Assembly (NCBI GenBank): GCA_964106645.2
Contig: OZ067039.1
Direction: 5' to 3' (one strand)
From: Podarcis pityusensis
Taxonomy: Eukaryota
DNA length: 64,000 nt
Position 1 is the stretch's first letter, and each line of letters opens with the position of its first letter. The notes beneath the pieces are model-generated. The model worked only from the letters and a program-made list of their open reading frames with translations. It was not told the DNA's origin and searched no databases. Shown in pieces: positions 1 through 12,401 of the stretch. Both the position numbers and the translations under genes were made by a program.

Positions 1-726
1 CCATTTATGTGGGCTTTAAATATGAAATCCTCTTATCGAGGAGGAAGTTAAAATCATAAGAGTGGCTGTAGAATTTCAGATTACTATGTAACCATTTTCA
101 GCGCATATATATAATCTGAAACAAGTGCTTAAAAAAGATAGCAATTTTAAAATCCTGAAAATAAACAGAATTTCACTTGCTCCATAAATATGTAGATTAG
201 AATGAAAATCCCACTATGTCATCTAGGAACATAAATAACAAAGGTTCTGAGTTAGGAAAGTCTGCCCCCATAAGTGAGTGATCCTATTACCATGTAGGAT
301 TAGACGGGCAAGTCTCTAGAAAAGCCTGGTGAATGTATCTGCTGCTTCTGGCATTGCATCGACATAAAACTGATGGCATTATGTCCTGACTCCATGAATG
401 AGTCACACCTTTCCTTTGCATGCATGTAAAACTGAATGCATGGTGCAGGTAGATCACTGCTGTGTCTGTGCAGTATCAATAAAGTGCATCAGTCAAGTTC
501 TGGAAGTTTGACAGAAAGGTGGTGCACAAACATAGAATACAAACAGCTCAGTCTTATGACCTACCCTGACAGGGTAAAGTATATGAAATCAGGTGTATTA
601 AGGTACAACTCCTGCGATGGTACAGTGCCCTGAAAAACCTCCAATGTATCATAACAATTTTAAAACCTGGATCAATTATGTCTTCTTGACCACACTCACT
701 AAAATAGTGTTATATGACCAACATGT

Positions 727-732
727 TTTATT
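727..732 (-). terminator. Candidate SOX30 polyadenylation signal (AATAAA)
   Basis: TTTATT on the + strand about 50 nt past the SOX30 stop. Usage is not demonstrable from sequence. Confidence 0.4.
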
Positions 733-780
733 TCATGTTTTAAAAAATTATGCTGGATACTATCATTTGGGTTTTTTAAA

Positions 781-1162
781 TTACAAATCTCTTAACACCT
801 TTCCTTCTTCCTCATCATCACTATCAGTCACATTGACTTGCTGTACACTAGAGGGTGTGGATGGGGTTGCAGTAAAAACATTCTCAAGGGCCCCAATGTC
901 CAGCTGTGGCATAGGGTTTAAGTATTCCTCTTCAGTCTGACTGTGGCTGCTGTAATAGGATGTCCCTTCCAAGCTCTCGCAGCTACGGGAGTCTTCGCTA
1001 TGCGTATGCTCATCAGGATACTCTCTAAAAGGATAGTCTCTGTTCAGAGCAGAAAACATTGCCTCGTGTTTTTGATACTGGTCTTCATAAAAGCCAAGAC
1101 ATTCAGGCATGGAGCTGGGGAAGTTTCCGTAGCCAAACGGTGGGCGACTGTATGGACATGTG
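781..1162 (-). CDS. SOX30: SOX30 coding exon 5 (C-terminus and stop)
   Basis: TCPYSRPPFGYGNFPSSMPECLGFYED...QLDIGALENVFTA...VNVTDSDDEEEGKVLRDL*. Acceptor CTGCAG. Total CDS 2337 nt. Confidence 0.95.
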
Positions 1163-1394
1163 CTGCAGCAAGACAAAGATGAGTTACATCACGGCTTTTA
1201 CCATAAAACTGAATGATATATTATAGCTTGTTTGTATTCAAATCTGGAAACCAGTTACCATAATAAAGGGATTACCTCAGTCATGGGACACAATTGTAAA
1301 TAGAATACAATAATATGGCCGTGTTTCAAAAAGCCAAGATGTGTGCCCATGGTACATTATACAGAATAACTAATTTAGAAGAGACAATGAGAAC

Positions 1395-1520
1395 AGGGTG
1401 GGTAACTTGTACCCCTCCAGCTACTGTTGGACTCCAACTCCCATCAGTCTGAACCAACATGGCCAGTGGTTACACATGATGGGAGTTGGAGCCCAACAGC
1501 ACCTGGAAGACCATATGTTC
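1395..1520. mobile_element. Hairpin MITE (GGACTACAACTCCCATCA family)
   Basis: TGTTGGACTCCAACTCCCATCA...TGATGGGAGTTGGAGCCCAACA inverted arms. Confidence 0.7.
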
Positions 1521-1791
1521 CCCTTTTCTGGTCCAGAAGTTCATCTGGTCCAGTTCAGCAACCAAGGGCAGGACCATGTAGCCACATATATCTCATAACT
1601 CTTAATGCAGACCTGTTTTTTTGTAACGAATGATTTCAACTTTTGACCTATACCACACCTCATAACACCTCTACGACACTTCATAACACAAAATAGCAAA
1701 CAAACCATCAGTATAAAAGTGAAGTAAAACTGAAGACTACATCAAAATAAACATCTTTGCAAAATACTCAATTTAACTAGAAGCTTTTTGA

Positions 1792-1826
1792 AACAAACAA
1801 ACAAACAAACAAACAAACAAACAAAC
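1792..1826. repeat. (AAAC)n microsatellite
   Basis: Perfect tandem AAAC run. Confidence 0.95.
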
Positions 1827-2400
1827 AGATATACTAGCAAGCAGCAGGATTGATAAACCACCTCAGTAAGAACATTACACAGTATCCATGCCACCACTAA
1901 AAAAAGCCCCCTTCTTCATAACCATCAGCCTAGCTTTTAGACTGTGGCTCATTGAGCAAGGTCTTCTAAACTGATATAAGCATGGGTGAATACCAACTGT
2001 TGCAGAACATGATGGTCTTTTGTGATAAGGAAAGTGACGTGAAAAGGGACTGGAGCTTCTGCAATAACACTTGTTTGATGCAACATCGTCTAATTTCCCC
2101 ACAAACATTATCAGGCTGAATGCTCATTAAACAGGTCATCTGGAGATGACCAAAGAGTCAAGAGAACCCGAATGAGAGGTTCTCCTTTCAAAGGAGGAAA
2201 GTGAGTTGAGGAGAAAAGTTTAAACAACAATGTCAAGGTCGCAGATCAAATTTAAAAAGCAAGAATGAAAAAGAAACCCTTATAAAAAAGCCCTTTGGTC
2301 ACTGCAAAGTATGATGAGAAATGTTTCAGTGGAATGAAATGAATAGAGGATAAATGTGTGAGGAAAGACGAAAAAAGGGTGGACAGAAAGGAAGAGTATA

Positions 2401-2650
2401 CAGTCGCACCTTGGGAATCGAACAGCTTAGTTCTCGAACAGTTTGGCTCCTGAACGTCGCAAACCCGGAAGTGACTGTTCCAGCTTGCGAACTATTTTTG
2501 GAAGCCAAATGTCCAACAGGGCTCCTGTGGCTTCCGATTGGCTGCAGGAGTTTCCTGCAGCCAATCAGAAGCAGTGCTGTGGTTTCCAAACATTTTGGAA
2601 GTTGAACGGACTTCTGGAATGGATTCCGTTTGAATTCCGAGGTACGACTG
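2401..2650. mobile_element. Tc1/mariner (Tigger-like) MITE
   Basis: TA|CAGTCGCACCT...AGGTACGACTG|TA terminal inverted repeats with TA TSD. Internal palindrome GATTGGCTGCAGGA...TCCTGCAGCCAATC. Confidence 0.85.
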
Positions 2651-2776
2651 TACATGGAAATTCACACAGGTTCTTTTCAATCTTTTCCCTGCAGAAGTCC
2701 TCCCATGAAATCCTTCCATGGTTGTCTGACTAGATATGCACCTTTACTGCAGAACAAAAATAAATAGCTGCATTAC

Positions 2777-3269
2777 CTTGATGGGAAATAATGGGGCCCA
2801 GGTAAAAAGTAAGGATGATGAAATGAAAATCGAGGAGGAGCTCCGAACAGGGTGGCTGGATGACCGATGGGAGGAGGTTGATAAACGTGTGGATGGGGGA
2901 TGGGAGGAGCTTGAGGAATGGGTCCATTTCTAGAACAAGAAGAAACACCTGAGTACTCCTTAGGGGGTTGACTATTTGAGACACTGTATCTGGAATGTGT
3001 GGTGCTTGTATTATTTGGGTTCCTGCTTGCGCTTTCGATAGAAATCTGGGTTGGTCTCTTTATAGAGCAATTTGTTCCTGAAGATACACGGTGAGCTTCT
3101 GTTGGTGAAGGTGCAGCAAAACGCTGAGGTTGAAGCACGGGACGAATTGGCAGATTTGCCGTTGAGGCAGCCAGTGGCGCTGTGCTTCCTACATTTGGCT
3201 GGAACAGCGTAATAGGGCCTGGATGCTGAGCAGAAGGACCTGGCAGCTGGATAGTAGAAGGGGCTTCAC
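2777..3269 (-). CDS. SOX30: SOX30 coding exon 4 (Pro-rich)
   Basis: EAPSTIQLP...HPHVYQPPPIGHPATLFGAPPRFSFHHPYFLPGPHYFPS. Acceptor CCAAAG, donor AG|GTAATG, phases match both neighbours. Confidence 0.93.
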
Positions 3270-4573
3270 CTTTGGAGAAGAGAAAGTATTAGCCATAAGT
3301 GAGAAGGACCCATTAACACTATGTTATAAATATTATACTATGTGATTATTGAAAGAATGAGCCATGAAATAGCACTGGATCATCCCTCATCATTTTTTAA
3401 GCTTTTCTTTAATATAGCATAACCTATGGTTGCCATATGTCTGAATCTTCCCTTTTTGAAATATGGCAACCCTAGCATAACCTACTGCAGTTTCATACCC
3501 AATGACATCCATGGATGCAATTTCACGAATCAGCAACATTAAAAAAGACATTCAATATTTAGATTGTTAATCTTTTTTTAAAAAAATGTCTTTTCTTTAT
3601 AAATCTCCTACAAGTTTCCCTCACAATGATGCCCAGTATGCAGTGTGCTATCATTGAACATGTAAGGCAAAGACTTTCCAGGCACTTTTTGGCAAGTCTC
3701 TCAATTCCCTATCAGCATAAAAATGAATCCTTTATATAAAATCAAGTCCCCAACATTTTCTCCCCTAACAGTGTCTCATGGGACCAAGGAAAAGACCTCT
3801 AAACAGGGCTGTGCAGACAGGGACTAGCTTGGTTTTTAATAGTTCCCGTGGAGTTCTAAAAAAAACCAAAGGAAACAGTTGCAATATGTGATACAGCTGA
3901 AAGAGAGAAAAATCTGATTCTCATTCCAGATACAGTACTGGCATAACTGAGCATAGGGAATGGGATATAATGCTTCTTCTTTCCCTCCTGAAGTCAACTT
4001 CAGAGTGTTGGGGAGGGGCAATATATTTCTAAGACAGCATCTGAAAACTGGGACGTGGGCTCAGGAGGGAAGGAGGAAACACAGAACCTGAAAGACCTTC
4101 AGTGTGGTAGTGGTGATGAAGGTTCCTTATCCCTTCCTCAAGACTTTCAAGCCATGTTCATTATGGAGAAACATGGGGCAGGACTAGATTTAGAAAAGTG
4201 AGCATGCCCTGGTGTCTTACTCTTCATTAAGTCAATGATATATGAGAGGGTGGAGAGTGGTGAGGCAGAAGAGAACAGAAACGCTTTTGCTTCTCTCATC
4301 AGACTTAACAGACGTTTTGCTAGTAAGAATGACCCAACTTTGCTTTGAGAATGATTAAAACAAATAAACAAACATATAAACAAAACATTCTGTAGTTTAC
4401 TAATCTAATTTGGAAATGAATTAATAAGGCTACCGCAAAACTATGGCCACATCTCATCATCAAATATTCCTACATAACCCTACATAATCATACTCTCAAC
4501 AAGAATACAGACATTGGGTTTTTGTAGTTCCTATCATATAATGAACTCACATAAACTATTGGAATGAACTCAC

Positions 4574-4810
4574 AGACTGGGTGTCCAATGCTGTTCTGTA
4601 CGCTGGGTATGACCACAGAGTAGGTGGGAGATCGGAAAGGGTAAATGGTAGTTGGATTTGTAGTAATAATATTCTGAGATGTCCCAGTAAAGACAGTGGA
4701 GGCTGTCATTGGGCTGGTAGCAATGATATTCTGAGTAGTGCCAGAGAATACTGTGGAGACTGTCAAGGGGAACCGCTTCCTTTTGCCAGGTCGTGGCTGG
4801 TAAACCCAAC
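4574..4810 (-). CDS. SOX30: SOX30 coding exon 3 (end of HMG box and basic tail, with a 57-nt internal duplication)
   Basis: GWVYQPRPGKRKRFP...YSVVIPSVQNSIGHPV. Acceptor CCCACAG, donor T|GTGAGT, 237 nt, frame preserved. Confidence 0.94.
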
Positions 4811-5531
4811 CTGTGGGAATATAAAAGAGTAGGCTCACTGAAATATAATGGGTTATTTTATTTCAAAACTGATTAATGTAATAACAAAGGAAGAACACCA
4901 AAAAGAGTACAGTGAAAGCACCTGCCTGATGTTAATAAGCAGAGAGTTCCAAAGTCTGGATCAAAAGATCAATTTCTTATAACTACAGAACAAGTATTAT
5001 GTTGCACCTGTAACAATGCCAGTTCCACTGGTGGAAGCTGTCAATTCAGCATATATAGGGTAAAGTGATCTTGCAAGTAAACTGGTCCCATCCTGTTAAG
5101 GGCTTTATATACTAATGGCAACACCTTGAACTTGGCCCAGTAGCATTTGCTATAATAAATCTGCTATTGTACTCAGTTTAAATACTTAACGTCAATGGCA
5201 GATGCTGTAAAAATGCACATGTGCAACATCCATGCATACATGAACTTACAGAGTGCAGCCCCTTTAAGCAGCTCCCTCTTCTGAACTGGTTTTTAAACTT
5301 TCAGAGCCTGAAAAAAACCACTGGACTATGGGAATAGAAGGGGTGGTGGTGACAAAAGCTTTAATGAATACTGCCTCGTGGTTCCTGCATGGTGGTGGGG
5401 TTTTTTGTATTTCCTTTCAAGTATCGTCCTTGAACCCCACCTTTTCCCACTCATAAACCTATTTCTGGATAACACAAAGCACTGCATCAAGACCATCAGA
5501 TGTTGAGAAACATGTAAAAAACCAAAACCTA

Positions 5532-5876
<345 letters not shown>

Positions 5877-6692
5877 TTAGTGCAGACTACAGAAATAAAG
5901 GCCAAGCTCCAAATAACTATGAAACCGTTGTCATAAGCCCACAGGAGCTTTTGGCTTATTTTCCTTAAATTTTTATAAGACACCTTTCTGGATCAAGTCC
6001 TCTCAAGGGGGCCAACAGCGATATACCAAAACAAATACAGTAATAGAGAATGACAGTGCATATGCTATATTTTAAATGGGATACAGTACTGTAATGTAAT
6101 GGGACTTTAAAAAAAAAGCCTCCATAAAAATAGAATTCAGCTGCTATAAACACATTTCCAAAATCACAGCAGGAAAGGAGTAACAGCAACTCTCTCAAAC
6201 CACATGGCAAACTGCTTGAAATCGAGGGGAGCTTAACAAGTGATTTGTGATATGGCAACTTTTTTCAGACAGAACCACATTCCCTTCCGAGGGCCATGTG
6301 TCAGTGGTAGGTAGCGCCAAAGACAAAAGTGGGTGGAACAATGAATGTAAATTTTATCTTTGTCCACTAGGCTAGTTTTAAAACACTCTCTCTCACCTCT
6401 TTCGTCAACTAGACAAACTAGAGGCATTATCAGAGTTCAAGGATATATTCCAGCCAGTTCAAGAAGAGTGTAAAGTAGAGCTGGAGAGGAGCAGGGCTTG
6501 GGGAAGAGTCCTCAGGACCAGACAGGGCTATGATTATATTTGCTTACTTGAAAAACAAATATTTATTGATTTATCAACAAAATCCCCTTCATTTTTGAGT
6601 GTAGGGAGGTATTGCATACTGCCAAGAACACTAGAGATGGTGTCTTTGTGCTCCATATATATATATTGCACTGCCAAAACAGCCACTGCATC

Positions 6693-7194
6693 TGTTGTGA
6701 TTTTCCAGAGAGGGAGCAGCAGACTGTATGTCTGAGTCCCTCCTAATTCCTGGATCCAACAAGGATCCAGTTGCTGCTGGAATAGCCAGACACGTTTCTT
6801 GAAAATGGCCCTGCAAGTATGGGTCATTAAGGTAACAAAGGAAGTGGCTCTGTGCCAGAGCAGAAATGAGTGGGTCTCCCTCCCTCAACTGTCTGGCAGT
6901 TGGAAAGACAAAAGCAAGGGAGGTGTGTAAGTGGTAGAGGCTGGAAGCAGCCTGGGCAGCTGAGAGACACACAGCCATGTCTGACTTGTGCTGGAATCCA
7001 AGGCTGTGGCTATGGGAGAAGCAAGATGCTGTGAGCACCTCCATTGCAGGCTCAGGTTGTATATATGTGTAAATAAACCATATATCCTAAAGACACCATG
7101 GTCTCCACTGTACCTCATTCTGAGGAAACCAAACTCTGGGTAAGTGCCTGGAACCCCTGGATCTCGCACTACTCAGAGATTGGGGTGGTGTTCA
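6693..7194 (+). mobile_element. Probable solo-LTR-like repeat in SOX30 intron 1 (boundaries approximate)
   Basis: GC-richer block with TG...CA candidate ends and an internal AATAAA near 7072. No convincing TSD. Confidence 0.4.
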
Positions 7195-7621
7195 GTGGTA
7201 TATAAAACATGCTCAGGGAAGGGCGGTGGACACAGGGGAACAGGAAAAACCCAGGCAATACGCAGCAATCAGAGACTGCCCATCTGACATACAGGGAGTC
7301 ATTTATTAGCGCATGACACGTTGAGTAGGGGGTGGGGTTATTGGGTTGTTGTTCTTGATTATTGTTTTTTTTAATTTATGCCACATTTATGCCATGTAAA
7401 TAAATAATAAATAAAATAAATAGGAAGAAGACACACAATATGGCACCCACACAACATGGCACCCACACAATTTCATCAGCAGAATACCTGCAAAGAGCAC
7501 ACACCCTTACTGGGACAGAAATTCAAGACCCACTGGGGGGACGGGACACTCTAGTTGACAACCAACCAGGGGGAGTGGCCAGAACACACACTGACAGCAG
7601 CAACAACAGCAGTGTCTCACT

Positions 7622-7915
7622 CTGTAGGGCAGACTTTGCTAATATGGTGTGTTCCATATATTTTGGACTACCAGTTCCCATCATCCCTTCCATTAGCCAG
7701 GCGTAGCCCGGGGGGCAGGGAGGGGCAGTTGCCCCCCGTCAAGTAAAACAATATAAATACTTAACTAACTGACCAATCACATTGGTTCTGCCCCCCCAAC
7801 AAAAATCTCCCCCCCCCCAAAAAATATCCTGGCTATGCCCATGGCCAGGTGGCATGGCTATTGGAGTTGTAGTCCAAAATGTCTGAAAGGCATCAAGTTG
7901 GGAAAGGGTGCTGTA
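7622..7915. mobile_element. Hairpin MITE (same family), split by a nested element
   Basis: TTTTGGACTACCAGTTCCCATCATCCC ... GGAGTTGTAGTCCAAAA arms either side of 7698-7843. Confidence 0.65.
7698..7843. mobile_element. Small TIR element nested inside a hairpin MITE
   Basis: GGCGTAGCC...GGCTATGCC inverted ends with an internal GGGGCAGTTGCCCC palindrome. Confidence 0.65.
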
Positions 7916-8287
7916 AAGTATGGAGCTGGGAAGCAGGAGAAAAAGGTTTGAGCATCACCATGCAGAAGGGGGCAAAATGTCCTGGCTCAACCCCATACTG
8001 AGCAGTTCCCTAACAGTTCTGCTGCCACTGCAGCAGACATCAATCACACACGTTGTGTGGAATTTGTTTTCTCCATGCTTCAGTCTCAATATAGGCATTG
8101 ACACCAGCAGCACAGAGCTGAAAGGAAAAGCCCTAACTAGGTGAAACAGCTTATGACGACATGCCTGAAGTGTTTGATTTGAATCCAGGGCACATCCCTA
8201 CACTAGGAAAGGGGTGTGTGTGTCCACCCAGGCATACATCAACCATTCAGGAGGAGCACCACTTCCAACCAATAGCTGTTCCTGAGT

Positions 8288-8422
8288 CATTTTATCTCAA
8301 CCTGTGGGTCCCCAGATGTTGTTGGACTACAACTCCCATCATCCCTAGCTAGAAAGGCCAGAGCTCAGGGATGATGGGAGTTGCAGTCCAACATCTGCGG
8401 ACCCACAGGTTGAGAACCACTG
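8288..8422. mobile_element. Hairpin MITE (same family), best-preserved copy
   Basis: TCTCAACCTGTGGGTCC...GGACTACAACTCCCATCATCCCT / AGGGATGATGGGAGTTGCAGTCC...GGACCCACAGGTTGAGAACCACTG, with a hAT-like CAGTGGTTCTCAA end. Confidence 0.8.
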
Positions 8423-10716
8423 GCTTAAACAGATATGTACTAAAAGCAGAATATTGTTTTTAGGCTAAGGTACTAAACTTTACTCATACATCTGAATCTA
8501 AGCTTCCTGAATTATTTCAAAGTACAAGTATTAAGGATTGGAATGCATATCAACAACTTCTATTAATCTATGAAAACAATTGCATATCCACTACAGATGT
8601 TCCTGTGGTCAGAACTCAAGGCATACAACTTAGAAATGGTGAGACCTAAATTTAAAGTTGTCTGGTGCTGCAATCCTATGCACCCTTATACTTGGGGGAG
8701 TAAATCTCACCGAAACTAATGTAGACATGCACAAGATCAGATAGCAAGCTTTTTTGCGAGATCTAAACTTGGCAAGCCTTAAATTGCTCAACCTTTGTGT
8801 CTGACTTTGGAAAGTCACTCAAGAGAAAATTCTGAACCCTAGTATTTCAAAAGTATCCCCATTAATTTCACTAAGGTGGGTAATTTCACCAGACTGGAAT
8901 ATTGCAATACATTCTATGTGGGGCAGCCCTTGAGGCTGATGAGAAAACTTTATTCTTGAAGGGTAGTATTGAAATTTATTAAATAAAAATTTACTTTGAG
9001 CATGTTTGCCTCCTACTTACTTGCACTAAGCAGAAACAAACCATGACATCTGGCTTAGAGTAACACCCAAGCCAGCGATCAAGGTTTGTTTTGCTACAAT
9101 TCATAACTGGTAATCTTGGCTACAAATCAGAGTTTGTTGGGAGCGATGCCTCCAAGTTCTACATTGCTCACTGTCCCTTCACTGAGTTGGCACAAGGCTT
9201 GTTACTTCCCTCCCCCTTGAAAAGAACATAGAGCTGAAGGAAGAAGTTGAAAGGATGGCACTCTTTTCTACTTCTTCTTTCTTCTCTGTCTGCATTTCAG
9301 GGCTCAGAAAAATGAAAGAGGTAAGGAAGGCATTGCTTGCTCTTTCAGCTCAATGTGCTTTTCAAGACTCAGATCAGCTCCTGAGCTGCTAACAGAATGT
9401 GAAGGGAAGAAAGTAAATAGCATAGGAGGGAAAGAGGAGTTATCTGGGAGACTGAAGAAAATGGATCAACCAGGGGAAACAGGTGCCATGGGAATAAGGA
9501 GAGAGGTGCACACATGTGCCTGTGCACATTGGAGCCAGTAAATCAGATCCCCTTGGAATTGCAGAATTTTTCACAGGTGTTTCCCAGAACCAGTATCACA
9601 TCATGTGTCAGTTGACTGAACCATGGATCTGGTACTTTCCAGAGCTGCCATGACACAAAGACGCTGATCTTAGGAACAGATATTCCTGGATCCTCGTAAT
9701 ACAAGGGATCTCTTCAAAACCACAATCAAATCATAGTCACCTGTGTCTGCAGACATATTCTGTAATTTATTGGGGGTGTTTTTTATTCTGTGTAAAGATC
9801 AAGAGTAGCCATGCTTTGATCAATGTTTTTGATACCTGAAAGCACCAGATCTGCTTTTTCTTTTTTTAACTGTGTTGTGTACCGTTATAAGGTGGGGTGG
9901 GGTTTTTTTGGTGTTTTTTTTTTTTGGCGGAACCCCACATAAAATCATGCAAATTCAAGAGGATTCATTTTAATTCAACTGGATTTGACTTTTACCAAAC
10001 CGTTTGAAAAACCAAACAATCTCTGTGTGTGCTTTCCTTCTGACTACTGGGAGGGGGAGGGAGCAACTAGAGGTGTTGGTGCCCACAATACTCCTTCAAA
10101 ATACCTAATGTGCCCAAAGGCTCAAGAATGCTTTATGGGTAACAGTCTCAGCCAAGCCTACTTCAGTATTGTAGTGAAAATTAAGGTGGATGTTTGTATA
10201 GTGCCCTGGGCTCCTTGGAAGAGGGTCAGAACAAGGCCTAACAGATTTATTGTGGCATAAACTGGCGATGAAGTGGATACTGGTCTATGAATGCTGATGG
10301 CACAAAAAATGTTAGTCTTTAATATGCCACACATGAAAGAAGCATTTTGTTGTTTCTTCTGAGGGTCACAGTTAATCTCTGTGCCCTGGTTACAATGTAT
10401 TAAAGAGGGCAATGGCATACTTCCGCAATAGAAAGCTCCTGCAAATATTAAAAAATTGTAGATGGGACTTTGCATAATTGACCATCTTCATAATCTTTGG
10501 CGGTTGCAACAGCCAGTAAAGTATACAGTGAGCTGTTGTTAATTGCATGAACTTGAGTGAAGCCCTATCTTCCTTCTGGCCCTTCATATATTTTTTTAAA
10601 AAGTTTGGAATAGTGGTGCAGATTAATGTGTATGAACAGTTCTATCCCGGTGTTTACTTGTACATGAATAGCGACTAAAGGGCAACTTGGCAAATTCTAT
10701 TATACCTATCTACTAC

Positions 10717-11701
10717 CTGCATCTGAGGGTAGCACTGTGAGAGGCACATCTTTCGTTTCTATTTTCACTGAAGGCTCCAGCAAGGACTGCATTTTAAGGG
10801 GTACTTGTGCCACTGGCACTTTAGTCACTCTTATGAGCTCAGATGGAGGTGGCCCCTGAAACTGGATTCTAGCCCCAGGAGGGACAGCATGGAGCGTGAC
10901 AGGAATCTTCAGTTCTTGAGGATGCTGAGTCCCGAGAGGCTGAGACAAGTCAGCATCTTTGTTGACATGAGCTGGGCCGTTGGAGGAGGGGCGAGGCTTG
11001 GATGCCACCTCTTCCCTCCCCTTGCAAGCTTCCTCGCGAGGCTCCACCAGTTCCGTTTTGATGGCCCCTTCTTTTCCGGACCCCAAGGCTTTGGCATCAC
11101 AATTCTCTTCCACCTTCACCTCTTTCTTGATCTCCTCTGGCTCTTCTCCTTTCCCCACTTTGACTTCCCCCCCTCCTTTCGCGCCGCTGCTTCCCTCCTC
11201 CTTCCCTCCTCGACGACTGGCAGCCGCCCTGTGCTCCCCTCTCTTTTTCTTGTTGCTGCCGCCCGTCGGGAGCAGTTGGTTCTCTTGCTCCCGCTCCTCC
11301 GCTTTCACTTGCAGCACCTTCTGCTGGCCATTTCCCTCCGCCACCGCCTCTTCCAGCTTCTCGCAAACCCCAGGTTCCAACCCGAGGCCAGGCTGGCAGA
11401 GCTGCCTGGCAAGGCAAGGCTGGTCTTCCAACAGGTGCTGCTGCTGCTGCTCTTTATAGGCAAGCCCTTCCCCAGGCAGTGGAGGTTTCTGCTCCCTGCG
11501 CAGGGCATTTTGCTTGGGGTGCAGCAGGGGGTGCTGCGGCCCCTGTTTGGGGGAGAAGAGCAGGAGGTGCGGGTCCCTGGCCCCCTGCCCCGAGAGAGGG
11601 TGCAGGAGAAGGTGGTCCATCCGGGGAGCGCCCTGCCAAGCCGCGGGGTGCAGGAGGCGGTGCTGCTCTCGGGGGGTTTCCCCCTGCGCCCCTTCTTCCA
11701 T
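10717..11701 (-). CDS. SOX30: SOX30 coding exon 1 (N-terminal region)
   Basis: ATG at 11701. Ends in the SOX30-typical PPGARIQFQGPPPSELIRVTKVP...MQSLLEPSVKIETKDVPLTVLPSDAG. Donor G|GTAGTA at 10717 is phase 1 and matches exon 2. Confidence 0.93.
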
Positions 11702-12401
11702 GCCGCAGCCCGCCCCCCGGGGAGAGGGATTGTTGCGGGGATTGTGAGCTCAGCCTCCGCCCTCTGTGACCGCCCGTTTGTTTCCTGCGGTTGGTTCGCA
11801 AACGTTCTCGGCTCCCCCTCCCGCCAGGGGCACGCGCGCCGCGCTCGGACCCCGCCCTCCGGGTCGCAGGAGCCTCGCGCCGCCTCGGGGCACCGGCTGG
11901 AAATGGCAACAGCCGCCGGGCTGGCTCCATGTGCCTCCCGCACTTTCCCCTCCCTGGTGTCGCCAGGGCGACCCTGGGGGCCGCGTAACAATGAGGTCGC
12001 CATGGAGACCCCGGGACGAACCCACGCGCCTTTCCCGCTTTTTTGAAAGGGCTTCGTTTGGCGGCGGCGACGCGCGCGCCCTTTGACGGCTCCCTCGCGC
12101 CCAACGTTCCGTTTCCTCAACAGCTACCGTTCCCTCAGCCCGTGCGCTTTCAGCGCGTCGCCTCCTTCCTTGACAAGCACCAGCTCATTTCCCCTCGTCT
12201 ACGGGAGTCCTTCTTTTCAAACCCAGCGTCGGGGTTGGGAGGATGGAGACGACCACGGCGAGGAGAAAACTTAAAAGGATTACCCCCGCACGGTGCGACG
12301 CGTGTTGCACCTGACCGTGGGAAGGGAGGATGCGCGTTCAACGGGCAGAGGGAACTGGATTAATAGAGACCCGAAACAACACTGTCGGAATCCCCATTAA
12401 G

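Noticed and set aside
10805-12046. 413-aa + strand ORF antisense to SOX30 exon 1, and other long ORFs at 11305-12120 and 11454-12104
   Set aside because: These are shadow frames of a GC-rich exon and CpG island. The Leu/Phe richness mirrors the Glu/Lys/Gln codons of SOX30, and no domain is recognisable.
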